Part shown: piece by piece, positions 54,990-63,696 of the stretch
Numbering within the stretch: position 1 is the first letter of the stretch
Layout: each line of letters starts with the position of its first letter
Assembly (NCBI GenBank): GCA_036391835.1
Contig: DASVZC010000093.1
Location: forward strand, 8,802-72,801
DNA length: 64,000 nt
Direction of reading: 5' to 3'
Source of the DNA: Ktedonobacterales bacterium
Lineage (GTDB): Bacteria > Chloroflexota > Ktedonobacteria > Ktedonobacterales > JADMIN01
Translations under genes and position numbers: made by a program
Notes under the pieces: generated by a model
Seen by the model: only the letters and a program-made list of their open reading frames with translations
Databases searched by the model: none
Told to the model about the DNA's origin: nothing

Positions 54990-56560
54990 CAACAGGCGGA
55001 CGTTTCGTTGGCGTAGGCGAATGGCTAGCGCGACGTGAACAGCTTTCGCCAGACCACATCGGGCTGATCGACGTCGCTACAGGCGAGCGTCTCACCTATC
55101 GAACGCTGAATACGCGCGCCTGTGCGCTTGCCGCGTGGCTCAGCGAGCGCCACGGAGTTCGAATGGGCGACCGCGTGGCGATCCTTGCCGCCAACAGCCC
55201 AGAGTACCTGGATGCGTTCTTTGCCTGCGCTCTACTGGGAGCCATCCTGACGCCGCTGAACTGGCGGCTGACACGGCCTGAACTCATCGGTATCCTGAGA
55301 GATTGCGAGCCAGTAGCGCTGATCGCTGACGACGCCTATATCAGTGTCGCGACGGACGTGGCGACGGAAGCTGGGACACCGCGCCTACTGCGAATCGATA
55401 ATTTCCCTGGCGCCGACGCGGTGTTGGCCGCGCGGGCAGAGCCTTTCGAAACGCAGGACGGCGAAGAGATTGCCCTGATTCTCTATACGTCTGGCACGAC
55501 GGGGACACCCAAAGGCGCCATGCTCTCCCATCGGATGTTGACCTGGAATGCCATCAATACGCAAATTTCCTGGGGACTGCGCGAGGAGGACATCGCTCCA
55601 ACGTTCGCGCCATTCTTTCATGCCGGCGGCCTCAATGTGCTCACGACACCGATGTATCACCTCGGGGGGACCGTCGTGTTGCTGCGCGATACGCGCCCTG
55701 AAGCAATCCTCGCCGCTGTCGAGCGTGAGCGCTGCACACTCCTTTTCGCTGTGCCTACCGTGTTTCAGATGATGATGGAATCGTCCACATTTATGTCGAC
55801 TAATTTGTCGTCCGTGCGATTCTGCATCAGCGGCGGCGCTCCATGTCCACTGCCGATCATCGAAGGCTATTCGACGCGAGGGTTGGAGTTTCGCCAGGGG
55901 TATGGACTGACCGAAGTTGGTGTCAACTGCTTCGGTCTCGCGCCTGAGGATGCGACCCGCAAGGGTGGCTCGGTTGGGCGACCTGTCTTTCACTCGCGGG
56001 CGCGCATCGTGGATGACCACGACGACGATGTAGCTCTGGGAGCCGTCGGCGAACTCGCGCTTGCGGGGCCACATGTGTGTTCGGGTTACTGGCGTCGCCC
56101 GACCGCTACCGCTGAGGCGTATCGAAACGGCTGGTGGCACACGGGCGACCTCGTGCGCCAGGACGAGGAAGGCTACTATTTCATCGTCGGGCGTAAGAAG
56201 GACATGTACATCTCCGGCGGCGAGAACGTGTACCCGGCCGAGATTGAGGGTGTGCTGGCGACGCATGAGGGTATCGCTGACGTTGCGGTGCTGGGCCAGC
56301 CAGACCCGCGCTGGGGCGAGGTTGGACTGGCCATAGTCGCGCCACGCTTGCCAGATGCGCTGACTGAGCAGGACATCTTGAGCTACTGCGACGGTAGGCT
56401 GGCCCGCTTCAAGATCCCCAAGTCCGTTATCTTCGTTGATGCCCTGCCACGCAACGCGATGGGCAAAGTGGTCAAAGCGGAACTGTATGAGCGTTACGTT
56501 TCGACCGCTCACGACGCGCAGATGAGCGCGGCGACTGGGGAAGCAGACAAGGCGCGTTGA
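54986..56560 (+). CDS. AMP-dependent acyl/aryl-CoA ligase (ANL superfamily)
   Basis: Carries YTSGTTGTPKG, GYGLTE, WHTGDL and GRKKDMYISGGENVYPAEIE. It shares an ATGA overlap with the KAS III-like gene. Confidence 0.85.
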   Translation: MTTGGRFVGVGEWLARREQLSPDHIGLIDVATGERLTYRTLNTRACALAAWLSERHGVRMGDRVAILAANSPEYLDAFFACALLGAILTPLNWRLTRPELIGILRDCEPVALIADDAYISVATDVATEAGTPRLLRIDNFPGADAVLAARAEPFETQDGEEIALILYTSGTTGTPKGAMLSHRMLTWNAINTQISWGLREEDIAPTFAPFFHAGGLNVLTTPMYHLGGTVVLLRDTRPEAILAAVERERCTLLFAVPTVFQMMMESSTFMSTNLSSVRFCISGGAPCPLPIIEGYSTRGLEFRQGYGLTEVGVNCFGLAPEDATRKGGSVGRPVFHSRARIVDDHDDDVALGAVGELALAGPHVCSGYWRRPTATAEAYRNGWWHTGDLVRQDEEGYYFIVGRKKDMYISGGENVYPAEIEGVLATHEGIADVAVLGQPDPRWGEVGLAIVAPRLPDALTEQDILSYCDGRLARFKIPKSVIFVDALPRNAMGKVVKAELYERYVSTAHDAQMSAATGEADKAR

Positions 56561-56601
56561 GCGTTGGGGCGTTGATCAGTTGATCGTAGGTAGACACACG
56601 T

Positions 56602-56639
56602 GAACAGGCCAGCGTGAACATTTCAACGCTGGCCTGTTC
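56602..56639. terminator. perfect 14-bp hairpin between convergent operons (bidirectional terminator candidate)
   Basis: GAACAGGCCAGCGT-gaacatttca-ACGCTGGCCTGTTC, followed on the plus strand by a T-rich tail. Confidence 0.6.
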
Positions 56640-56663
56640 GATCGTTCCTCTTCTTTGAAACGC

Positions 56664-56882
56664 CTATACGCCGAGGTCGTAGAGTTGCTCGAATTGCAGG
56701 TCGAGGTCGTTGGTGACCTGCCACATCGCCGCCAATGCCTTCCGTATGTTGCTGCTTGCGCAGGGCGGAAGGTCAGCGCGCGCGGCCAGTGACTTCAGCG
56801 CCTCATAGGCGCTCAGCGCTTCCTGTTCAACGGCTGTCAACTGCTTGCCTAGCAGGTCTGTCTCTGCCATGCTCATCTCCAT
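56664..56882 (-). CDS. small helical hypothetical protein
   Basis: 72-aa ORF lying 11 nt after the PaaK-like stop. Alternative in-frame ATGs occur at 56876 and 56870. No family recognised. Confidence 0.45.
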   Translation of the reverse strand: MEMSMAETDLLGKQLTAVEQEALSAYEALKSLAARADLPPCASSNIRKALAAMWQVTNDLDLQFEQLYDLGV

Positions 56883-56893
56883 CTCAGCGTGAA

Positions 56894-58240
56894 TTACTGA
56901 TTATAGATAGCGGTTGGGCGCGCATCTACCAGACGACGCGCTTTGAGTTCGAATCGTGGCAGCGTTCCCGGTTCCATCAGTTCGATCAGGAAGTGCAGGT
57001 TTTCGTGCGCCTGAGCGAGCGCGCGGGCCAGTTCATCGCCAAGCGACGGCCACTCCGATTCACGTCCGGGTTTGAGCTCAACCTTGATGGTGATTTCATC
57101 GCGGATGTCATTGCGCCAGATATACATCTGGAACTCGTCGATTGCATCGTATTCACGGACGATTGCTTCGACCGCGCGAGGGTAGACATTCGTGCCGCGA
57201 ATGAGCTTCATATCGTCCCAGCGTCCACGGATGCCGCCATCATAGAGATCACCAGTGCGACCACACGTGCAGTTCGTATGTGGGACTTTGACCACCATAT
57301 CTTTGGTGCGGTAGCGCAGCACTGGAATGAACCCACGGCCAAACGACGTCACCACACGCTCCCCGAGTTCGCCATATCCCACTGGCTCGCCCGTCGCTGG
57401 ATTGATGACTTCCTCGATGTAGTGATCTTCGATGATGTGCGTGCCGCCCGGCTGCTTCTCGCACTCAAACATCATGATCGTGCCCACCTCGGTCATGCCA
57501 GCGGTGTCACCACACTTGGCGCCCCAGGCGTCTTCGAGTTGCTTCTTGACGGCTGGAATCGAACCGGCTGGTTCACCGGAGAGGATGAGTTTGTTGACCT
57601 TGCTGTCTTTCGCCAGGTCGTACCCCATCTCCGCCGCCTGCTGCCACAGGCGCAGCGCATAGGTAGGAGTGGAGGCGACGGTGGTGACCCCCATGTCCAT
57701 AATCATCTTGACGCGCGCTTCGGTCGTCTGAGCGCCACCGGGAATGACCAGAGCGCCGATCTTCTCGCAGCCGTAATGCAGACCCCAGAATCCGATGAAC
57801 TGCCCATAGCCGAAGGCGACATACACGGTATCCTGCGGGCGCACGCCGAACGCCCACAGGCCATAGCACCACATTTCGGCGATCCACTCCCAGTCCTTCA
57901 TGCTGTCGAGCACACGGATCGGAGTGCGCCCACTTGTGCCAGATGTCAGGTGATAGCGAATGGCGTGTTCTGGGGAAGTAGCGGGCAAGTGACCGAACAG
58001 TGGCTTCTCCGCAATGGACTCCATCCACGCCTCGCGTGTCATGAAGGGAATGCGGCGAATGTCGCTCAACGTCTTGAGTTGTTCGGGATGGAAACCTGCG
58101 GCATCCCACCTCGTGCGGTGAAACTCGCTATTCGCGTGCGCCCACTCCACAAGCCGCCGCAACTTGGTCAGTTGCAGCCGTTCGAGTTCTTCGCGCGGTA
58201 GCGTCTCGTTCTTTGGGTTCCAGTACGCGGACGAATCCAT
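56894..58240 (-). CDS. phenylacetate-CoA ligase (PaaK) family adenylating enzyme
   Basis: Carries TSGTSGRTPI, GGAQTTEARV, SGEPAG and the KDM..IRGTNVYP pattern. GAGGGGG precedes the ATG at 58240. Confidence 0.85.
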   Translation of the reverse strand: MDSSAYWNPKNETLPREELERLQLTKLRRLVEWAHANSEFHRTRWDAAGFHPEQLKTLSDIRRIPFMTREAWMESIAEKPLFGHLPATSPEHAIRYHLTSGTSGRTPIRVLDSMKDWEWIAEMWCYGLWAFGVRPQDTVYVAFGYGQFIGFWGLHYGCEKIGALVIPGGAQTTEARVKMIMDMGVTTVASTPTYALRLWQQAAEMGYDLAKDSKVNKLILSGEPAGSIPAVKKQLEDAWGAKCGDTAGMTEVGTIMMFECEKQPGGTHIIEDHYIEEVINPATGEPVGYGELGERVVTSFGRGFIPVLRYRTKDMVVKVPHTNCTCGRTGDLYDGGIRGRWDDMKLIRGTNVYPRAVEAIVREYDAIDEFQMYIWRNDIRDEITIKVELKPGRESEWPSLGDELARALAQAHENLHFLIELMEPGTLPRFELKARRLVDARPTAIYNQ

Positions 58241-58318
58241 GCTTACCCCCTCAATCAACATCGATTGGAGTACCGCTCCCGAGCCAGGTATGCGATTCCG
58301 CGAATGATGATGCGACGC

Positions 58319-59467
58319 TTACTCGCGACCAAGGAGCTCGCGCGCAATGATGATACGCTGAATGTTGCTCGCGCCCTCGTAGATCTGCATCCCTTTGATG
58401 TCCCGCAGGTAGCGCTCGACGGGATAGATATTCGAGTACCCGCGGCTGCCATGCAACGTGACCGCTTCATTCGCGGCGCGTGCAGCCACCTCAGTCGCAT
58501 AGAGCTTTGCGATAGATGTCTCCTTCGTGGCTGGCTGGCCCCGATCTTTCAGCCATGCCGCGTGGTATGTCAGCAATCGCGCCGCCTCGATCTCCGACGC
58601 CATGTCGGCAAGCGCCGCTTGTGTCATCTGAAAGTCGCCGAGTCGCTTGCCAAACTGATGCCGTTCTCGCGCAAAGGTGACACTGGCATCCAGACAAGCT
58701 TGCCCGACGCCGACCGCACCCGCAGCGACCCCGAGACGTCCACGATCCAAGCCGGACATCGCGATTTTGAAACCCTCGCCTTCCACGCCCATGAGCGCGC
58801 TCGCTGGAATTTGGCAGTGATCGAACGTGATATGCGCGTGGTCAGAGCCTCGATGACCCAGTTCTCGTCCAGGCATGGGCTCGCGTTGGAATCTCACCGT
58901 ATCGGTCTCGACGAGAAATGCGCTCACCCCTCGATGACGCATGCCTGGGTCTTTGGTCGCGAACACAATGGCAAGCTGTGCGACACCACCGTTGGTGATC
59001 CAGACCTTCTCGCCATTCAATTCGTATCCGTCTGTGTTCGCATGCGCCGTTGTCTGGATGCTGGCGGCGTCTGAGCCGGCATCGGGCTCAGTCAAGCAGT
59101 AGCAGCCGATCAGTTCGCCGCTTGCCAGACGTGGTAGGTAGCGTGAGCGTTGCTCGTCGCTGCCCCACTCGCGAACGCAAAGGGTGACTAGTCCCGCATG
59201 CACCGTGAGAAAACCGCGCACTGAGGAATCAACACGCCCCAGCTCTTCGGCGACCAGCGCGAAGCTGACATAGTCCATGCCGGAACCGCCATACTCCGCC
59301 TCCAATGGACCACCTAGCAATCCGAGTTCACCCATCCGCTTCACAAGCATGGGCGAGAAGACGCCCTGCTCATCGGACTCACGGGCCAGCGGGGCCACCT
59401 CGTCCTGCGCAAACTGGCGCGCCAGCGTTTGCCACTGCTTCTGCTCGGGTGAGAGTTCAAAATCCAT
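58319..59467 (-). CDS. acyl-CoA dehydrogenase
   Basis: Carries [16 protein letters not shown], and the catalytic-base region [16 protein letters not shown]. Confidence 0.9.
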   Translation of the reverse strand: MDFELSPEQKQWQTLARQFAQDEVAPLARESDEQGVFSPMLVKRMGELGLLGGPLEAEYGGSGMDYVSFALVAEELGRVDSSVRGFLTVHAGLVTLCVREWGSDEQRSRYLPRLASGELIGCYCLTEPDAGSDAASIQTTAHANTDGYELNGEKVWITNGGVAQLAIVFATKDPGMRHRGVSAFLVETDTVRFQREPMPGRELGHRGSDHAHITFDHCQIPASALMGVEGEGFKIAMSGLDRGRLGVAAGAVGVGQACLDASVTFARERHQFGKRLGDFQMTQAALADMASEIEAARLLTYHAAWLKDRGQPATKETSIAKLYATEVAARAANEAVTLHGSRGYSNIYPVERYLRDIKGMQIYEGASNIQRIIIARELLGRE

Positions 59468-59512
59468 CGCCAGCGCCTTTCACTCGACGTTCTCGCACCT
59501 GTTGTCACGCGC

Positions 59513-59920
59513 CTAGTCGTCAGCGAGGACGGCAAAGCCTTCGATCTCGATCAGCGCTTCCGGTTGGAAGAACGCCGATACCTCGAAGAGCGCCAGCGCT
59601 GGATAGTAGTCATCGAAGTAGCGTTTCCAGACGGCTCCAAGCTCGCGATGTTTCGACACGTACTCGTTGCGGTCACGGACGAAGATGGTGAGCTTGACGA
59701 TATCCGTCATCTGTCCACCCGCTTCGTGCACGACAGCATGCAGGTTGTAGAGCACACGGTCGAGTTGCGCGACCACATCGCCCGGCGCGACGATCTTTCC
59801 ATTGGCATCGCTTGCATCCTGACCCGCCAGCCAAAGCGTTTTACCACCAGTGGTAACGATGCCATGGCTAAAGCCGCGCGGGCGGGCGAGCCCTGTTGGC
59901 GTGACAATACGTTTCTGCAT
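59513..59920 (-). CDS. RidA/YjgF family enamine/imine deaminase
   Basis: 135 aa when started at MQKRIVTP. The C-terminus LIEIEGFAV is typical of RidA. Confidence 0.8.
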   Translation of the reverse strand: MQKRIVTPTGLARPRGFSHGIVTTGGKTLWLAGQDASDANGKIVAPGDVVAQLDRVLYNLHAVVHEAGGQMTDIVKLTIFVRDRNEYVSKHRELGAVWKRYFDDYYPALALFEVSAFFQPEALIEIEGFAVLADD

Positions 59921-59925
59921 CTGAT

Positions 59926-60717
59926 TCACCGCCCCGTCCACTCTGGCTTGCGTTTCTCGGTGAATGCCTCGTAGAAGGCGCGATGGTCATCACCCAGGAG
60001 GAGCAACGCCTGCGCCTGCGCTTCCGCTTCGATCGCCGCGACGAAGTCCATGCCAAGTTCATTGTTCATCATGCGCTTGGTCATGCCAATCGCGAGGGAC
60101 GGACCCTTCGCCAGTCGAGCAGCCCAGGAGCGCGCCACGCTCATGAGTTCGTCATGCGGGGTGACGCGATTGACGAGGCCGTAGCGCTCGGCGGTTTGCG
60201 CGTCGATGGTGTCACCCAACAGTAGGAGTTCGCTGGCGCGTCCAAGGCCGACGATGCGCGGGAGCAGATAGCCAGCGCCCATATCAGCGCCCGTCAGCCC
60301 AACTTTGGTGAAGAGAAAGGCGAAGCGCGCACGTTCGGACGCGATACGTACATCGGAGGCGAGCGCCAGCACTGAGCCTGCGCCCGCTGTCATGCCATTG
60401 AGCGCCGCGATAATTGGCTTCTCGAGCAGGCGCATATGCTGTACTACTGCGCCAGTCATGCGCGTGAATTCGATGTGGCCCTTCAGGTCGCGCTTCAGCA
60501 ACTCGCCGATGATCTCTTGCACATCGCCGCCTGAGCAGAAGGCGTCTCCCGCGCCCGTCAGCACGACGACTTTCACGCTATCGTCGTAGCGCAGGTCATC
60601 AAACAGTTGACGGAGTTGCGCGTAGACCTCAAAGGTCAGCGCGTTGAGCACCTCAGGCCGATTGAATGTGAGCGTCGCGACACCGTCGCTTACCTCATAG
60701 AGAAAGTCGTAGGCCAA
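59926..60717 (-). CDS. enoyl-CoA hydratase/isomerase (crotonase) family
   Basis: Carries TLTFNRPEVLNAL, VVLTGAGDAFCSGGD and PIIAALNGMTAGAG. Confidence 0.9.
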   Translation of the reverse strand: MAYDFLYEVSDGVATLTFNRPEVLNALTFEVYAQLRQLFDDLRYDDSVKVVVLTGAGDAFCSGGDVQEIIGELLKRDLKGHIEFTRMTGAVVQHMRLLEKPIIAALNGMTAGAGSVLALASDVRIASERARFAFLFTKVGLTGADMGAGYLLPRIVGLGRASELLLLGDTIDAQTAERYGLVNRVTPHDELMSVARSWAARLAKGPSLAIGMTKRMMNNELGMDFVAAIEAEAQAQALLLLGDDHRAFYEAFTEKRKPEWTGR

Positions 60718-60769
60718 CGAGTGTATCCTCCTGCTCTGCTGCGACCACCTGGGTCAGACGCCGAGCATA

Positions 60770-61564
60770 TCAATAGTTGACGGAGCCACCATCTACGTTG
60801 ATGGCCTGGCCGGTGATACCCGCGCTGGTATCCAGCGCCAGAAACACGGCAACCGACGCGACCTCCTCCGGCGTGATCAGGCGATACTGCGGGCTCGTTC
60901 GCTCCAGCGCCTGCCGCGCTTGTTCGGCCGTCATACTGGTGCGGGCCGTCATATTGGCGACGCTTGCCTCAGTCATCGGAGTATCGACATAGCCGGGACA
61001 AATGGCGTTGACAGTGATGCCGGACCCATTGAGTTCGACTGCCAGCGCACGTGTCAGCCCGAGCACGCCATGCTTCGAAGCCGTGTATGCGGCGATATAC
61101 TTCCCACCGACCTTGCCAGCGATAGAGGCGACAGTAATGACACGGCCAGCGCGCTGCTCGATCATCGCAGGAACGAATGCCTTGGTCACGTAATAGACGC
61201 TGGTGAGGTTAATAGCCAGCATCCGATGCCACAACTCATCGGGGTGGTTCGCGAACTTCGCGCTGCCCGCATTCCCCGCATTGTTCACGAGGATGTCCAG
61301 GCCGCCCCAGCCGTCAAGAACGTCGCGTGCGAGCCGCCCAGCGACGAAATCCGGATCAGTCACATCGCCCGCGATGGCGAGCGCGCGCCTACCCATGCCC
61401 TCGATCTCATCTCGCAGCGCCCCGAGGTCACGTTCGGAACGAGCGTTGATGGCCACATCCGCGCCTGCCTCCGCTAGCGCAAGCGCGATACTGCGTCCTA
61501 TACCTTTCGTTGCGCCGGTAACTACAGCGCGTTTGCCGCGCAACGGAGTCGCGAAATCGGACAT
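60770..61564 (-). CDS. SDR family oxidoreductase (FabG / 3-hydroxyacyl-CoA dehydrogenase-like)
   Basis: Carries VTGATKGIGR, NNAG, YTASKHG and PGYVDTPM. Confidence 0.85.
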   Translation of the reverse strand: MSDFATPLRGKRAVVTGATKGIGRSIALALAEAGADVAINARSERDLGALRDEIEGMGRRALAIAGDVTDPDFVAGRLARDVLDGWGGLDILVNNAGNAGSAKFANHPDELWHRMLAINLTSVYYVTKAFVPAMIEQRAGRVITVASIAGKVGGKYIAAYTASKHGVLGLTRALAVELNGSGITVNAICPGYVDTPMTEASVANMTARTSMTAEQARQALERTSPQYRLITPEEVASVAVFLALDTSAGITGQAINVDGGSVNY

Positions 61565-61569
61565 CTACG

Positions 61570-63696
61570 CTATCCTTTCACCTGCGGCGTCGCGTGGCGC
61601 GAACTCGGCGGCGTCATCAGAATGAGGTCAGCGCGCCCGCCAGCGAGCAACGTGTTCGCTTCGTTCGTCGTCGTGATATAGCCGCCAACCAGGGTCACCA
61701 TCCCTACCTCAGTGCGGATGCGCTCGGCAAGTGGCGCAAGGAAGGCTTTGCCATAGGGCAGGCTGGCTTCGGGGGTTGTCTGCCCAGCCATGGGCTGAAT
61801 CAGATCGCAACCTAGCGCCTTGAGCGACGCAGCAGTCGCCACCGCATCGTCCAGGGTGAGTCCACCTTTGACGCCGTCATGACAATTGAGCGCTACGCCA
61901 AGGGGCTTCTGTCGAGGCCAGACCTCGCGCACCGCGGCGAAGACCTCGAGCGGGAAACGCATGCGGTTCGCTAGCGACCCACCGAAGTCGTCTGTGCGTT
62001 GGTTGGTGAGTGGCGACAGAAAGCTCGCCAGTAGATACCCTTGCGCCATATGGAGCAACAGCATATCGAAACCGCGCGCGTCAGCAACGCTCGCCGCCGA
62101 GGTGAATTGCTCGATCACCGCACGCATGGCGTCGCGTGTAAGCTCACTCGGCGTCTGGCTGCGTGGCGTATACGGCAGCGCCGAGGCGGAGACGAGTGGC
62201 CATGCTCCCGTCACCAGCGGACGATCGAGCAGCGAGGCGCTGGCTGTTGGCGCTCGGGACGCGCCACGTCGACCCGCATGGTTGAGCACGGCGCACACCT
62301 TGATGGATGTCTCGTGCAGGGAATCGACCTGCGCACGCAAGGTGGCGCTGTGGTCTGCGTCATACAGTCCTGGCTGGTTGGGTGTGGCGCGCCCATCCGC
62401 TGAGACTGCCAGCGGGCCATATATCTCCAAGCCAGCGCCAGCCTGCGCTGTCCAGGTCCTTTCGGCAGACGGCTGTGTGACAATGCGGTTCGAGAGCGAC
62501 AAACCTCCAAGCGCTAACGAGGTAAACACTGGTGGCGGCGCGAAAGTGATCTGTTCCGTCTGTGAACCGCACGTAGCGAACGAGCGGTCTACCCACTCTA
62601 TGTACCGTGGATCGCGGAGGCGCAGATCATCGTAGGTGATGCGCTTGCTGCGCGTGAGCAGATTGAATGAGAACTGCGCGGACGGCAGCGTGGTAAACCG
62701 CTGCGTATGTTCGAAGTATCCCTGACTCTCTGCGGCAGCGCCCTGCAGTAGTTCTACTATCGGGCGGCGCGTCAACTCATATTCCGTTAGCGCTCGCTCC
62801 AAATCAGGATACTGCTCGATAGCGTTTGCGAGCGCGATGGCGTCTTCCATCGCCAGCTTAGTGCCTGAGCCGATAGAGAAATGCGCCGTGTGGGCTGCGT
62901 CACCGAGTAGGACGAGATTTCCGGTGTGCCAGTGGGCACATTTCAGGGTCGAGAAGTTGATCCACTTCGAATTATTGCTGTATAGGCGCGCCCCCCGTAG
63001 CTCATCGGCGAAGAGCCGCTCGCAGAATACGATGCTTTCCTGCTCGCTCGCCTGCTCGAGACCTGCACGCCTCCAAACATCCTCGGCGCACTCGACGATG
63101 AACGTGCTACGGTCGCCGCTGAATGGGTAGGAGTGGACCTGGAACAGGCCGTATTCGCTCTCTTTGAAGATGAATGTGAAAGCGTCGAGTGTTTTGTCCG
63201 CTCCAAGCCAGATATAACGTGCGGTTCCTGGTGAGATACGGGGGACGAAGGCGGCTTCGTGCGTGCGGCGGGCAAGGCTATTGACCCCGTCCGCGGCGAT
63301 CACGAGATCAGCCGGGGCGAGTGATTCCAGGCGTTCCACTTCAGTAGAGAATGCTAGCAGGACGCCTAATTCTCTGCAGCGCTCTTGTAGCGTCGTGAGC
63401 AAGACTTTACGCGCAAGGCCTGCAAAGACATGCCCGCTGCAGTGTATCAACTCGCCGCGATAGTAGGTGTCGATCGCGTCCCACAGCACGAAACGACTGG
63501 TGATGGCCTTGTAGGATTTGAAGTCGGCCTCCTGGAACGCCGCGAGCGTGCGGTCAGAGAACACGACTCCCCACCCATAGGTCGCGTCGGGCGGGTTGCG
63601 CTCCAGAATGCGGACGTGGTGGCTGGGGTTGGCTTTCTTCAGCAGGAGTCCGCAATATAAGCCCGCTGGCCCGGCGCCTAAGATGGTTATGTACAC
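61570..63696 (-). CDS. two-domain flavoenzyme: FAD aromatic-ring monooxygenase fused to an OYE-like NAD(P)H:flavin oxidoreductase (2-aminobenzoyl-CoA monooxygenase/reductase or salicylyl-CoA 5-hydroxylase type)
   Basis: The N-terminus is ILGAGPAGLYCGLLLKK...RILERNPPDATYGWGVVFSD, with ADGVNS and LLGDAAHTAHFSIGSGTKLAMEDA. The C-terminal half has LNHAGRR, HMAQGYLL.SFLSP.TN.RTD.FGG and a TIM-barrel OYE pattern. Confidence 0.8.
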   Translation of the reverse strand: MYITILGAGPAGLYCGLLLKKANPSHHVRILERNPPDATYGWGVVFSDRTLAAFQEADFKSYKAITSRFVLWDAIDTYYRGELIHCSGHVFAGLARKVLLTTLQERCRELGVLLAFSTEVERLESLAPADLVIAADGVNSLARRTHEAAFVPRISPGTARYIWLGADKTLDAFTFIFKESEYGLFQVHSYPFSGDRSTFIVECAEDVWRRAGLEQASEQESIVFCERLFADELRGARLYSNNSKWINFSTLKCAHWHTGNLVLLGDAAHTAHFSIGSGTKLAMEDAIALANAIEQYPDLERALTEYELTRRPIVELLQGAAAESQGYFEHTQRFTTLPSAQFSFNLLTRSKRITYDDLRLRDPRYIEWVDRSFATCGSQTEQITFAPPPVFTSLALGGLSLSNRIVTQPSAERTWTAQAGAGLEIYGPLAVSADGRATPNQPGLYDADHSATLRAQVDSLHETSIKVCAVLNHAGRRGASRAPTASASLLDRPLVTGAWPLVSASALPYTPRSQTPSELTRDAMRAVIEQFTSAASVADARGFDMLLLHMAQGYLLASFLSPLTNQRTDDFGGSLANRMRFPLEVFAAVREVWPRQKPLGVALNCHDGVKGGLTLDDAVATAASLKALGCDLIQPMAGQTTPEASLPYGKAFLAPLAERIRTEVGMVTLVGGYITTTNEANTLLAGGRADLILMTPPSSRHATPQVKG

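Noticed and set aside
56735-58201. Long 488-aa ORF on the plus strand. Similar long antisense ORFs occur at 55385..56512, 32320..33234, 10475..11212, 11240..12031 and 29330..29986.
   Set aside because: Each lies antisense to a gene with unmistakable family motifs (PaaK-type ligase, ANL ligase, Lon-like protease, transketolase, ThrRS). Each also has Arg/Ala/Pro-rich, low-complexity composition typical of shadow ORFs in high-GC DNA.
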